Source: the human T2T-CHM13v2.0 reference genome, Homo sapiens. From it: a DNA stretch of 64,000 nucleotides. Each line of letters begins with the position of its first letter. Positions within the stretch are counted from its first letter, which is position 1. Where the stretch lies: assembly GCF_009914755.1 (NCBI RefSeq), contig NC_060930.1. One strand, written 5' to 3'. The notes beneath the pieces were generated by a model, which did not search any database, had not been told where the DNA came from, and worked only from the letters and a program-made list of their open reading frames with translations. The translations under genes and the position numbers were made by a program. Shown here piece by piece: positions 1 through 13,498 of the stretch.

Positions 1-1013
1 GTAACCTAAACAGCATGGTAGTGGAAGACAAAATAGACACATAGACCAATGGAATAGAATAGTGAACTGAGAAATAAAGCCACATATCTACAGCCAACTG
101 ATCTTTGACAAAAAAAAAAAATACAGTGGGGAAAGGATATCCTATTAATAAATAATCCCGAGAGAATTGAATTGTTATAGGCAGAAGAATGAAAGTGGAT
201 TCCTACCTCTCATCATATACAAAAATCAACACAAGATAGATCAGAGACTTAAATAAGACCTGAAATGATTAAAATAGAAGAATAAAACCCAGGAAAAAAC
301 TTTTCTACACATTGGCCTAGGCAAATAATTCATGACTAAGACCTTGAAGGCACAAGCAACAAAAATACAATTAGACAAATGTTACTTATTGAACTAAAAA
401 TCTTCTGCATAGCCAGCAAAATATAATCAACAGAGCAAACAGATAACCTGCAGAATGGAAGAAAATGTTTGCAAACCATGAATCTCACATAGGGCCTGAC
501 ATCCAGAATTTCCAAGGAACTCAAATAACTTAAGAATAACAACAAAATAACCCATTAAAAAGTGGACGAAGGACATGAAAAGACATTTTCTCAAAAGAAG
601 ACATACATATTAAAATACTCAATGTCATTAATTATCATAAAAACACAAATTAAAACCACAATGCAATGAGATATCTTACAACAGGCAGAATATCCACCTA
701 TAAAAAGATTGAAAAAAGATTTTGATAAGGATGCAGAAAAAAGGGAACACGTATACACTGTTGGTGGGAATGTAAATTAGTAAAACCTCCATAGAAAACA
801 GTATGAAGATTTCTCAAATAACTAAAAAAAGAACTACCATTTGATCCAGTAATCCCATAACTGTGTATCTACCCAAACAAAAAAAAAATCACTATATCAA
901 AAAGATACCTGCATTTGTATGCTTATTTTGCAACATTATTTACGGTAGCAAAGATACAGAATCAACCTGTCTATCAACGGATTATGGGATAAAGAAAATT
1001 TGTAATATATATA

Positions 1014-1071
<58 letters not shown>

Positions 1072-1446
1072 TAGAACCCTAGTTGGGCATAAAAAAGAAT
1101 GCAGTTATGTCTTTTGCAGCAGCATGGATAAAACTGGAAGCCATTATCCTAATGTAAACAACTCAAATGGAATGTCAAATGCCACTTGTTCTCAGTTACA
1201 AGTGGAGCTAAATAATGTGTATACGTAGACATAGAATGTGGAATAACAGCCACTGGCGACTCATGATAGTGGGATGATGGGAGGAGGGTGAGGGATGAGA
1301 AATTACTTAATGAGTGCAAATGTACACTATTCAGGTGTGATGGTTACACTAAAATTCCAGATTACACTACTATGCAACATATCTATGTAACCAAACTGCA
1401 CATGTATCTGTTAAATGTATACAAATAAAATAATGATAATAATAAA
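1..1446 (+). mobile_element. LINE-1 3' part (end of ORF2 plus 3'UTR), L1PB-type
   Basis: Decayed ORF2 motifs (atagaccaatggaatagaat, tacactgttggtgggaatgtaaattag). L1PB-style 3'UTR (gggatgagaaattacttaatg...tggttacactaaa...ctgcacatgta) ending in an A-rich tail. Many stops and frameshifts. Confidence 0.88.
1005..1069. repeat. Compound microsatellite (TA)n(TC)n(CA)22
   Basis: Directly visible inside the L1; perfect CA run 1025-1068. Confidence 0.97.
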
Positions 1447-1499
1447 TATGGGATGCCTGTTTTCTAAGGAAAGGGTGACATGTGAGCTAGAAAGAAGGA

Positions 1500-2250
1500 G
1501 ACTGATGAAAATTCTTTATAAGGGAACCATTATTAAATCATATCATTGTGAAATACCCAGAGAGGCAGAAAAATGGGTGACAAAACAGATTCTATACCGA
1601 AGATCAGGCATCAGAATGGCATTATGGTTCTCAATAGCAGCAGTTGAAATCTTGTAAACGCCTGGATTCTATACCCAGCTAAATAATTAATCGAGGATGA
1701 GGAGACTGTGGTCTACAAAATTATTTCTGTTATTCACCCTCTCCTGGGAAACCCAGTGAGAATATATCCCACCAAAATAACGGAATAAGCAAGAATGAGA
1801 AAAAAGTATGATCCAAATCACAGGCACCAAAAGAAAAATGTTAATAAAATTCTTAGCAAAAAAGTGAAAGAAAATTTTGGGATCTTATAACTATGAAACA
1901 AATCCAATCTGAGTAAGGAGAGAGAGAGCTGAGGTGGGATGTTATCTGAAGGGAAAAATTAAAGTGGTCAATAATCTGAGAGATTTCACTACTGGAAAAT
2001 TATATCAAAGGCTATGAAAGATAATAGTAATACATAGTTCACTCTAGTTATCAATACAGCCAAGTATTTTTAAATAAGTGGGTATTAACTCCATGAAGAA
2101 CCCACAAAAATGAAGAATGGAAACATCATAACAAAGTACAAGGCCAACAATAAGCAATATTTATATAATGCAAAATCAATAGATACTATTTAAATGTTTC
2201 AATTAAATATACTATTATAGACATTTTATGTATGGGAATGCTAGAATGAA
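1500..2250 (+). mobile_element. Ancient HAL1/L1ME ORF1-like fragment
   Basis: gatcaggcatcagaatggc...ttctcaatagcagca and ggattctatacccagctaaa resemble HAL1/old L1 ORF1. Highly diverged. Confidence 0.5.
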
Positions 2251-2261
2251 CAGCTAAAATA

Positions 2262-2467
2262 CCATCATGTGCCACATTATGACATTTCAGTCAATTATGA
2301 ACCATCTATGTGGCAGTGGTCCCATACGATTATAGTACCATATTTTAACTGTACCTTTTGTGTGTTTAGCTGTGTTTAGATACACAGATATTTACAGTTA
2401 TGTAACAGCTGCCTACAGTATTCAGTACAATAACATGTTGTACAGGTTTTTACCCTAGGAGCAATAG
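2262..2467 (+). mobile_element. Tigger3 (Golem/MER7)-type TcMar DNA transposon, 5' fragment
   Basis: catgtgccacattatgacatttcagtcaa...gtggtcccatacgattata...gcctacagtattcagtaca...cctaggagcaatag matches the Tigger3/MER7 left part; truncated. Confidence 0.75.
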
Positions 2468-2779
2468 TGATTTTAATTATATAGTGATTTAATTATGATG
2501 ATTTTAATTATGTTGGGATTACAACTTCTGTGGCATATCAAAACTGTGTATTCAGTTCTTAAAAAACTGTCAAACTCTTTTCCGAAGTGTCTGTACCATT
2601 TTACATCTCCTTATGAAATGGATGAGATATCTAGTTTCTCCAAAGCCACAATGACATTTGATAATGTCACTGTATTTTATTTTAGCTGTTCTTATGACTG
2701 CTTAATGACACCTCATCATGATCTTAATTTGTATTTTTCTAGTGACTAATCATGTTGAGACATTTTCTTCTTAAATCCC

Positions 2780-3490
2780 TTTATAAATGAACTTTAAAAT
2801 TTATGATAGTTTCAGATTTACCAAAAAAGTTGTGATGATAGTATAGAGATACTCCATATAGCTACACCCAGTTTCCTCCATTTTAAAGTAATACCTTACT
2901 TTAGTATGGTACATTTGTCACAATTAATGAACTAATATTGATGCATAATAACTAAAGTGAACGTTTCATTTAGAGTTTTTTAGTTTTACCGAATGTCTTT
3001 TTTCTCTTCCAGGATCCCATCAAGGATCCCTCATCACATTTAGTTATCATGTCTTCTTACGATCCGCCTGGCTGTGATAGTGTCCCATACTTCTTTATTT
3101 TTGATGATCTTGACACTTTTGAGGAGTACTGGTCATGTATTTCACAGAATCTCCCTCAATTGTCTCATGATTACACTAAGGCTGTTGGTTTTTAGGAGAA
3201 AGATGTAGAGTACAGAGCTGATGTGCCACTCTTATCACATCGTATCAAGGGATACACAGTATCAACATAACATCACTACTGATGTGGACCTTGATCCCTT
3301 GGCTGATGTAGTGTTTGTCAAGTTTCTCTACTGTCAAGTTACTCTTTTCCCACCTTTCCATATTGTAATTTCTGAAAGTAAGTCAGTATATACAGCCCAT
3401 GCTTTCAGAGTGCAGTTGCTGGGTATTTTTATTCCTATTGAAGAAACATTTCTTCAAGGCTTTCTCAGCTGACAAAGCAAGGAAATAGAT
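2780..3490 (-). mobile_element. Old L1 (L1MC/MD) 3'UTR
   Basis: Reverse-strand L1MC/MD 3' motifs (gtatggtacatttgtcacaattaatgaac, ccaggatcccatc, tttgaggagtactggtca), similar to the + strand copy at 61330-62855. Confidence 0.7.
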
Positions 3491-3495
3491 GCATT

Positions 3496-3857
3496 GTCTT
3501 GGCAAGCACAGGGCTGCCATATTGAATACCATAAACTGGTTGACTTAATCAACAACAGAAATTTATTTTTCACAGTTTTGGAGACTAGTATTTCAAGGTC
3601 ATGGTGCCAGTATGACTAGGTTCTGGTGAAAGCGCTCTTTCAGGTTGCAGATGGCTATTATGTGGATGGACTCTCAAATGGCAGTAAAGGAAGAACCTAG
3701 CCCTCTGACCCATTCTCATAAGGGCACTAATCCCATTCAAAAAGGATTTTTTGACCCTTTCTTTGTGACCTAAATCACTTGACCTAATCACTTGCCCAAA
3801 GCCTCACTCCATATACCATCACACTGGGGACTAGATTTCAACATTCAGTCCATAATA
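3496..3857 (-). mobile_element. MLT1A-type MaLR solo LTR
   Basis: aacaacagaaatttattttt cacagttttggag, ataagggcactaatcccattca, ataccatcacactgggg, acattcagtccata; about 360 bp. Confidence 0.8.
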
Positions 3858-3870
3858 TGCATGTACACTA

Positions 3871-3882
3871 TGTGTATGTGTA

Positions 3883-3925
<43 letters not shown>

Positions 3926-3926
3926 G
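3871..3926. repeat. (TG)n(TA)n microsatellite
   Basis: Directly visible. Confidence 0.95.
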
Positions 3927-3929
3927 TAT

Positions 3930-6705
3930 TTTTATATGTTACCCTCTGTATCCATCTTATGCTAAATATGAGTTGGTACTGATTTGTCTAACTCTATTCC
4001 ATTACCAGGTGGAATATTCAAGCCCTCTTCCCTTGTTTGCCTAAAACCTTCCAACATCAGTAAGAAGGCATAACTTGTACCATCCCACATTCATTTACTT
4101 AATTGTTCAATTCTGGTATACATAGAGAGTGGTTTCAGAAATTGTTATGGGAAACAACCTTATCAAATAGAATAAAATGTTTATGTAGGATTTTTTCTGT
4201 CTTTATTCTTTTATAGTCCTCATTCATTTTCAAAGTTACTTAGGTCATTATTATCTTCCCCACACTCCCTTCAAAGAGGTTATTGCATATATTTTAGTAC
4301 AATTAGATTATTTTGTGAGAGTCTGTATTGCATACTGGACTTCCTAGTTGTTTTTTCTTTGAATTTTGCATGCATTAAAGTTAACTTCATGATATAAAGA
4401 TGTATGAATTTTGACAAATGCCTGGTGTTATACATCCACTATTATAGTACCATACAGAATATTTTCACAGTCCTAAAACAATCTCTTATGCTTTACTTTT
4501 ACAAGACTCCCCCTGCCACTGAACCTAAGGCAACCACTGACCTGTTTATTATCTCTAGAGTTTGACCTTCCACATTATGTAAGTAAATTGAGTTATATAC
4601 TATGCAGCCTTTTCAGACTGGCTTCTTTCACTCAGCAATATGCATTTAATATTCATTCATATTATTGCATGGCTTGATAGTTCATTCTTTTTATTATTAA
4701 ATAGTATTCCATTGTGTGAATGTATCATAGCTTATTTATGTATTCCTCTATTGAAGGACATCTTTATTGCTCCCAGTTTTGGGCAATCATAAATAAAGCT
4801 TCGAAACAATTTTGCATATTGGAGTTTATGTAAACATGAATTTTTCTGTTAATTGAGTAAATACCTAGGACAATGATTGCTGGAGCATAAGATTATGTTT
4901 ATCTTTGTAAGAAATTTACAAATGTCTTCAAAAGTGGCTAAGCCATTTTGTATTCCCACGTGCATTAAATGAAAAGTGTTGCTCTTCAACTTCACCAGCA
5001 ATTGGTATAATCAGGCTTGTGATTTTAGACATTCTAATCTGTGTGCAGTGGAATGTCTTTTTTGTTTGAATTTCTCATTTTCATAGTGAAAAATGATGAT
5101 TAAACATTTTTGTCATACGCTTATTTTCCACCTGTCTATATATTTTTTCTGAATGAGGTGTCTGTTCAGATTATTTGCCCAGGTTTGTTCATTTGTTTCT
5201 TATTGTTTTAAGAATTCTTTGTGTATTTTGAATGTAAGTCCATTTGGATGTGTATTTTGCAAATAGTTTTTCTCACTTTTGTCTTGACTTTTCATTATCT
5301 TACCAGTATCTTTCACAGTGCAGAAGCCTTTACTTAAGTCTGGCATACTTTTTCCTGTCATGAATTATGCTTTAGTTTATATCTAAAACTCATAATCAAA
5401 CCCTATATCATAAATATTTTTTCTATGTTCTTATCTAGAAGTTTTATAGTTTTGCATTTTGCATTTAGGTCTATAAATAATTTTTATGTAAGTTGTAATG
5501 TTTGTCTTTAGATTTAATTTTTCACATTTGTATTTCCAGTCATTCCAGCACCATTGGTTTAAAATGATCTTTTCTGCATTGAATTGTCTTTGTGACTTAA
5601 AAAAAGAATAAGTTGACTGTATTTATGTGGGCCTATTTCTGAGCTCTCAATTTTGGTTCATAGATCTACATGTCTATTATTTTACCAAGAACACACTAGC
5701 TTACTTACTGTAGCTATTTCAGCTATTTTTCCTTGTGTGAGTTTTGGTAGTTTGTGTCTTTCAATGAATTCATCTGTTTTCATTTAATTTATCAAATTTG
5801 TAAGTCTATAGTTGTTCATAATTGTTCTTTTATCATGATTTTACTGTCCATGGGATTAGTAATAATGACTTCTCTCTCATTACTGACATTGGTAATTTTT
5901 ACTATCTCTCTCTCTCTTGTTTTTTTCCTGGGTTAGCCTGGCTAGAGGTCTATCAATATTATCGATCTTTTCAAAGAACTCACTTTTGGTTTGGTTTATT
6001 TTAATCTATTGTTTATTGGTATTGATTTCCTTGTTTTCTACTCTGTTAATTATTTATTTCTTGCTTTAGTGTTAATTTGCTTTTCATTCTCTAGCTCCCT
6101 GAGGTGGACGCTAGAGGTTATTGATATTAGAAATTTATTCTTTTCTAATATATGTACTTCATGTTATACATTTCCCTTTAAGCACTGATTTCTATGCATT
6201 ACACATATTTTGATATTTTTGATATTATTTTTATTTAGTTCAAAATATTTCAAAAATCTCTCTTGCATCCCCTTTTGTGACTTATGAGTTATTTGAAATG
6301 CGTTGTTTAATTTTTAAATATTTGGGGGTTCTCTGGCTACCTCTCTGTTATAGATATCCCGTTTGATTCCCTAGACATCTAAGAACATACTTTCATTTCT
6401 ATTATTTAAAAAAAAATATATATATATATATGGTGTTTTTAAATGGATCAGAATGTGATTTTTCTTGGTGAACGTTCCATGTGAGCTTGAGAAGAGCTAG
6501 TATTCTGCTGTTGTTGGATGAAGTATTCTAAAAATATGAATTAGGTGAAATTAATTGATAGTGCTGTTCAAGTCATCTTTGCCCTTACTGATTTTTACTT
6601 TGCTGATCGTATTAATTACTAATGGAAACATATGGAGGGCTCCAAGTATATTATTGGATTTGTCTGTTTCTCCTTGCAATTCTCTCAGTTTTTGCCTCAC
6701 ATAGG
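3930..6705 (-). mobile_element. Old L1M 3'UTR/ORF2 fragments
   Basis: Reverse-strand L1 motifs (ggcttctttcactcagcaatatgc, tagtattccattgtgtgaatgta, ttccagcaccatt, gtgaacgttccatgtgagcttgagaag). Confidence 0.75.
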
Positions 6706-8112
6706 TTAATTATTCAAATATTATCAAACTATCAAAATATTAAAATATATCAAAATATTTTTAAAACCTTGATCTATTAGCATCTTATAAACAGTGTGTA
6801 AATGCTCTGCTACAATAGTTGAAAATAATGATTTTAATTTACATTTTTGTTATTTTATAAACCACAATAGGAAAATATAGTTTTGCTGAAGTTATCTTGC
6901 AGATAAATACAAGTTAGAAATCCAGTTGATATGTTTTTCTCTATTATAAAGTCTTCACATCCTTGTATACATTTAGAACTCAGAATTTTTTTCTGTTAGA
7001 AATTGTATATTCCATTAAAAAATGATGGTAGGTTTTTTAAGCAGGAGTTCTAAGATGTCAGGCAACTATTTACACACAAATTGCTTTCAGAAAGAAAATC
7101 AATGTATATAGATACTGTAGAAGAACAAATTAATACTTCTTGTGTGAAATATAATAATGGGAAATGTAAAATGACATACTTTTATGAAGTGAAGGATAAT
7201 TAAAATATTCAAAATTAAAACATAAATGTCAATCTGACATTTTCTTTTCCATTTCTTTATCTTTTTTAGGTTTTTGAAGATGTTTTTATCAAGCTTCTGT
7301 TTTTTTTAATCACCTGCATAAAATCACTGGTAGTTCACCAGTCCAAATGCAAATTTATCCCATGATCTGCTCTATGGCCTGAAAACGTAAACTTCAAATA
7401 TTACTGATATTCTAAAGAGTAAGATAACAGAAAAATAGACTACCATTCAGAAAATACATTTTGAGAAAAACATTATTTGCAAGTTAATATTTTAAAATGA
7501 AATGTCATGAATGTTAAACTCTAACTTTCAAAGATTACTGATTTATAGTGGAAGAAAAGAAGGAACCTTCCATAAAACTCCTGGTAAATTTGTTGTTTCC
7601 ACATTAGCAAAACAAAATGTAAATCTAAACTGTCTGATAAAAACATCAAAAGCATGCTTTTATTCTCCTGATTAAAATGAATAAATCTATAACCAGAAGA
7701 TGATTCCTTGTACTAGTCTCTCAGCAATGTTGGTCCTATTTTGCATCCTAATTTTTTATACCTAAGAAAGTAAGATTGCATTTTTGTATTAAGGAGAAAT
7801 ATTACTAAAACTTTCTAAAATATATATTTAAAATGATTTTAATATTATTAAAGTTGAAAAACAATAATTTAAAAAATATTAAATCAACTTTTCCTGAGAG
7901 CTACAAATCTGAAAATTTTCCACTGAACAAAAGTATAATCGCTTAAGTGATAAAAATTTCCTGAACTAAAAATTAGAGATAATTCTAAACTAATTTTGAA
8001 GACAGAAAAATATCTTTCATGATGTTTTTATTGGTTGCTTGTCTGTCTATTTTGATTGTCTGGATGTTCAGTAGTACATTTGTTTGAAGGCTGAATCATT
8101 CCTGAAATAAAC

Positions 8113-8474
8113 TATATTAACTCATTCTCACACTGCTATGAGAAAATACTTGAGACTGGGTAATTTATACAGAAGTTTAATTGACTCCCAGTTTCACATG
8201 GCTGCGAAGGCCTCAGGCATGGTAGAAAGTGATGGGGAAGAAAGGCACCTTCTTCACAGGATGGCAGAATGAAGTGAGTGCTAGCAGGGGAAATGCCAGA
8301 TGCTTATAAAATCATCAGATCTCATGAAACTCACTCACTATCATGAGAATAGCATGGGGAAAACTTCCTCTATCATCCAATTACCTACATTTAGTCCTGA
8401 CCTTGACACGTGGGGATTTTTGGGATTACAATTCAAGGTGAGATTTGGGTGGGACACAGAGCCAAACTATATAA
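8113..8474 (-). mobile_element. THE1 (THE1D-like) MaLR solo LTR
   Basis: gagactgggtaatttata, catcagatctcatgaaactcactcactatcatgagaa, gagatttgggtggga cacagagccaaac; about 360 bp. Confidence 0.9.
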
Positions 8475-8736
8475 GTAACTTACTATCATGTTCATGTGAT
8501 AGAATTATGAGGTAAGAGGAAAGACCCTTGACTAATAATTTGCCACTACTGCTTAATGTTGTGGGTTTCACAAAAATTTCTTCATAGACAGTATTCTTGG
8601 GGTCATTCATATGTACTTTCTGATACTGCAACATGAAAGAGATTATTGTCTCATGAAACATATCATTAGTTTCACTGCAACAAACAAACTCAAATTGAAG
8701 GAAAGGGTAGAGAAAAAGCCTTGGAAGCCACAGTGA

Positions 8737-9115
<379 letters not shown>

Positions 9116-10636
9116 CAGATGCTCTATTTTAAAAACTCATTTGATTTTGAATTATGTTATATTAGCTATCATTTTGTAAAGCCATCCATCAAAGTCATCT
9201 AGTTCTGAAAGTTTAGATTTTTATCATATATGGCTTTTTCTATAAAATCTATTTCACCTTGAGGTACATAGTTAGAAGTGCTTCATTTTTAACTGCTTGT
9301 CCCTAGACTTGCTTACCCTGATGGGTCTTTATAAGGCTGGCAACTTCTAAGAATAACGCTCTGGGTCATGATGCTCCCTTTAACATGGTTAAACATTTAA
9401 ATGATTTTATATTTTATTTCAATTAGTATATAATTCTATAGATAACTTTTTTTTACTTCCTCTCTATACTTAGTTGGTAGTTAACTGAGTAAAAGACATT
9501 TTAAAAAATAATGTTGCCCAAATATAATCTCTCTATGAAAACTATAGTTACTATGATGAATAAAACTCATGATTTTTTACATATCATGGCCAGAATGTTG
9601 CACAGCTTCTCCAGTGGAAACCCAAAGAAAAGCTTCAGGGTGGCTCACAGCCCCTTTGTGACACAGAAGTCAATAACTAAGCTGTATCTAAATGCCTTGT
9701 CCAGGCCAAAATGCAAGCATACTGCCCAGAACTCAGCTTGCACCTGCCAATTAGGAAGCCCACCAGAGGAGCAGAGCAAAGCAGAGGACAAATACATTAA
9801 ATATTAGGTAGGCTAGATTATTTCCCAGTAGCTTGTCGTCTCTCTTATTTTTTTAAATAAGGCAAAACTTAAATATAAAATGTACCCATTAGAGTTTATG
9901 ATTCTTCTAGTTTTGAAAAATGCATAAAGTCTTGTAACCACCATTAATAAAGACATAGAAAATCATCAACTGCCTCCCAAATCCTCCCATTGTCCATTGT
10001 AAACAACCCCTCCACTGACTTAGAGCCCAGGACAAGCACTAATCTGTTGTCTGTACCTATATATTTTGCCTTTTCAGAATATCATCTATGATGTAGAATA
10101 TAAAAATTTATCAAATATTGTATTGTGCAAACATTTTTGCCCTGCGTAATTTAATTTTCCTTTTCATTCTTTAAACTGTCTTTTGAATAAAATTCTTAAT
10201 TCTCATGAATCCCAACATATCATTTTTTAATTTTATTAATCATGCTTTTGGTGTTGTTTAAGAAATCTTTGCCCACTCCAGTGACACAATGTTTTGTTTT
10301 TCTTAAAAGTTTTACAGTTTGATGTCTTATATTTAGATCCATAACCAATTTTAAGTTAATTTTTTTATGTGGTACATATTATGATTAAGGTTTGTTTTGT
10401 GTAAATAGATGACCAATTGCTTCAACAAAATTTGTTGAAAAGACTATCCTTGTTCCATGCATTTGTCTTTAGAAACATTGTCAGAAACGAAAAGTCCATA
10501 AATTTGTTGTTCTATTTCTATATTCTTAACTGTGTTCTTTGATTTTTTTGCTTCTCTTTTCACCAGTACTATACTATCTTGATTCCTGTGGCTTTACAGT
10601 AAGTCTTGAAATCAGGTAGTGTTAGCCCTTTAAGTT

Positions 10637-13498
10637 TGATATGGCTTGGCTGTGTTCCTACCCAAATTTCATCTTGAATTGCAGCTCCATAATTCTGACG
10701 TGTCATGGGAGGCACCCAGCGGGAGGTAATTGAATTGAGGGGGTGGGTTTCTTCATGCTGGTCTTGTGATAGTGAAAAACACACATGAGATCTGATATTT
10801 TTATAAAGGGCAGTTCCCTCTGACCACTCTCTCTTGCCTGCACCATGTCAGATGTGCCTTTGATCCTCCTTCACCTTCTGCGATGATTAGGAGGCCTTCC
10901 CAGCCATATGGAACTGTGAGTCCATTAAACTTTTTTTTTTTCTTTATAAATTACCCAGTCTCGGGTATTTCTTCATAGCAGTATGAAAATGGAGTAATAC
11001 ATTAAATTAGTACCAGAAAGAGTGGGATGCTGCTGTAAAGATAACTGAAAATGTAGAAGTGACTTTGGAACTGAGTAACAGGCAGAGGCTGAAACAGTTT
11101 GGAGGGCTCAGAAGAAGGGAGAAAAATGTGGCAAAATTTCTAACTTCCTAGAGACTTGGAGGGCTCATGAGACAGGAAGATGTGGGAAAGTTTGGAACTT
11201 CTCAGAGACTTGTTGAATGGCTTTGACCAAAATGGTGATAGTGATATGGACAATAAAGTCCAGGCTGAGGTGGTCTTAGATGGAGATGGGGAACTTTTTG
11301 GTAACTATAGTAAAGGTCACTCATGCTATGCAAAGAGAGTGGCAGCATTTTGCCCTTGCCCTAGAGATCTGTGGAACTTTGAACTTGAGACAGATGATTT
11401 AGGTTATCTAGTGGTACAAATTTCTAAGTGACAAAGCATTCGAGGGGAAGCAGGACATAAAAGTTTGGAAAATTTGCAGCCTGATAATGTGATAGAAAAG
11501 AAAACCCCATTTTCTGGGGAGAAATTCAAGGCAACTGTAGAAATTTGTATAAGTAATGATATGGTTTGACTGTGTCCCTATCCAAATCTCATCTTGAATT
11601 CCCAGCTGTTGTGGGAAGGACCTGTTGGGAGGTAACTGAATCCTGGGGCAGGTCTTTCCTGTGCTGTTCTCATGATAGTGAATAAGTCTCATGAGATCTG
11701 GTGGTTTGAAAAATGGGAGTTTCCCTGCACAAGCTCTCTCCTCTTGTCTGCCACTATATGAGACATGCCTTACACATTCCACCATGATTGTGAGGCCTCC
11801 TCATCCACGTATAACTGTAAGTCCAATAAGCCTCTTTCTTTTGTAAATTGCCCAGTCTCAGGTATGTCTTTATTAGCAGTGTGAAAATGAACTAATACAA
11901 GTAAAAAGAAGCTGAATGTTAATCACCAAGACAATGGGGAAAATGTCTCCAGGACACTTCAGGGATCTTTGCCCCTGCCCTAGAGATCTATAGAACTTTG
12001 AACTGGAAAGAGATCATTTAGGGTATCTCATGGAAGAAATTTCTATGTGGTGAAGTGTTCAAGAAGAAGCAGAGCATAAAATTTGAAAAATGTGCAGCTT
12101 GACAATGGAGTAAAAAAGAAAAACTCATTTTCTGGGGAAAATATCTTCAAGGTATGTCAGAGAACTTTGCGGCAGCCCCTTCTATCACAGTCTTGGAGGA
12201 CTAGGAGGGAAAAATAGTTTCCTGGGCTGGATCCATGGCCCCTCTGCTGTGTGCAGCCTTGGGACTTGGTGTCCTGCATCCCAGCCACTCTAGCCATGGC
12301 TAAAAGGGGCCAAGGTACAGGTTGGACTATAGCATTAGAGGGTGCAAGCCCCAAGCCTTGGCAGCTTTCACTTGGTGTTGGGCCTGCAGGTGCACAGAAG
12401 TCAAGAATTGAGGTTTGGGAACCTCTGCCTAGATTTCAGAGGATGTATGGAAATGCCTGCATGTCCAGGCAGAAGTTTCCTGCAGGGGTGGAGCCCTTAT
12501 GGAGAACTTCTACTAGGTCACTGTTGAAGGGAAATGTGGTATTGGAGCCTGCACACAGAGTCACCACTCAGGCACTGTCTAGTGGAGCTGTGAAAAGAGG
12601 GCCACCATCCTCCAGATGTGAGAATGGTAGATCCACTCTCAGCTTGCACTGAATGCCTGGAAAAGCTGCAGACACTCAAATCTAGCCTGTGAAGGCAGCC
12701 AGGAGAAGGGCTGTACCCTGCAAAGCCACAGGTGTGGAGCTGCCCAAGACCATGGGAACCCACTTCTTGCATCAGCGTGACCTGGATGTGAGACATGGAG
12801 TCAAAGGAGATCACTTTGGAGTTTTAAGATTTGACTACCCTGCTGGATTTCAGACTTGCATGAGGCCTGTAGGTCCTTCATTTTGGCCAATTTCTCCCAT
12901 TTGGAATAGGTGTATTTACCCAATGCCTGTATCCTCATTGTATCTAGGAAGTAACTAATTTGCTTTTGAATTTATGCACTCATAGGCAGAAGGAACTTGC
13001 CTTGTCTCAGGTGAGACTCTGGACTGTGGAGTTTTGAGTTAATACTGAAATGAGTTAAGACTTTGAGGGACTTTTGGGAAGGCATGATTGGTTTTGAAAT
13101 GGGAGTATATGATCTTTGGGAGGGGCCAGTTGTGGAATGATATGGTTTGGATGGGTCCCCACTCAAATCTTATCTTGAATTGTAGCTCCCATAATTCCCA
13201 TGTGTTGTGGGACAGATCCAGTGAAAGGTAATTGAATCATGGGGGAAGGTCTTTCCCATTCTGTTCTCATGGTAGTGAATAAGCCTCATGAGATCTTATG
13301 GTATTAAAAGGGCAGTTTCCCTGCACATGCTGTCTTGCCTTCTGCTGTGTAAGACATGTCTTTAATTCCCCTTCACCTTGTGCCATGATTGTGAGGCTTC
13401 CCTAACCATATGAAACTGAGTCCATTAAACCTTTTATTCTTTGTAAATTACCCAGTCTTGGGTATTTCTTCATAGCAGTATAAAAATGGACTAATATA
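10637..13498 (+). mobile_element. Full-length THE1C-type MaLR provirus (5' LTR 10637-11001, 3' LTR 13138-13498)
   Basis: Two homologous tgatatgg...taat(a/c)a LTRs flank THE1-int sequence. 5-bp TSD aagtt/aaatt. LTR ends ggtatttcttcatagcagtat are THE1C-like. Confidence 0.93.
11557..11899 (+). mobile_element. THE1A/B solo LTR nested in the THE1C internal region
   Basis: tgatatggttt...actaataca, perfect 5-bp TSD agtaa at 11552-11556 and 11900-11904. The host internal sequence rejoins across it. Confidence 0.93.

Noticed and set aside
863-1228. 121-aa ORF with a His-Thr repeat
   Set aside because: Translation of a (CA)n microsatellite inside a decayed L1.
11098-11212. Short tandem duplication near the start of THE1C-int (ttggagggctca...agagactt twice)
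   Set aside because: Real, but I recall it as a common THE1-int feature, so not treated as locus-specific.
12157-13166. ORFs in THE1 internal regions (also 28220-29439)
   Set aside because: Fragmented frames of non-autonomous MaLR internal sequence, broken at different places in the two copies.
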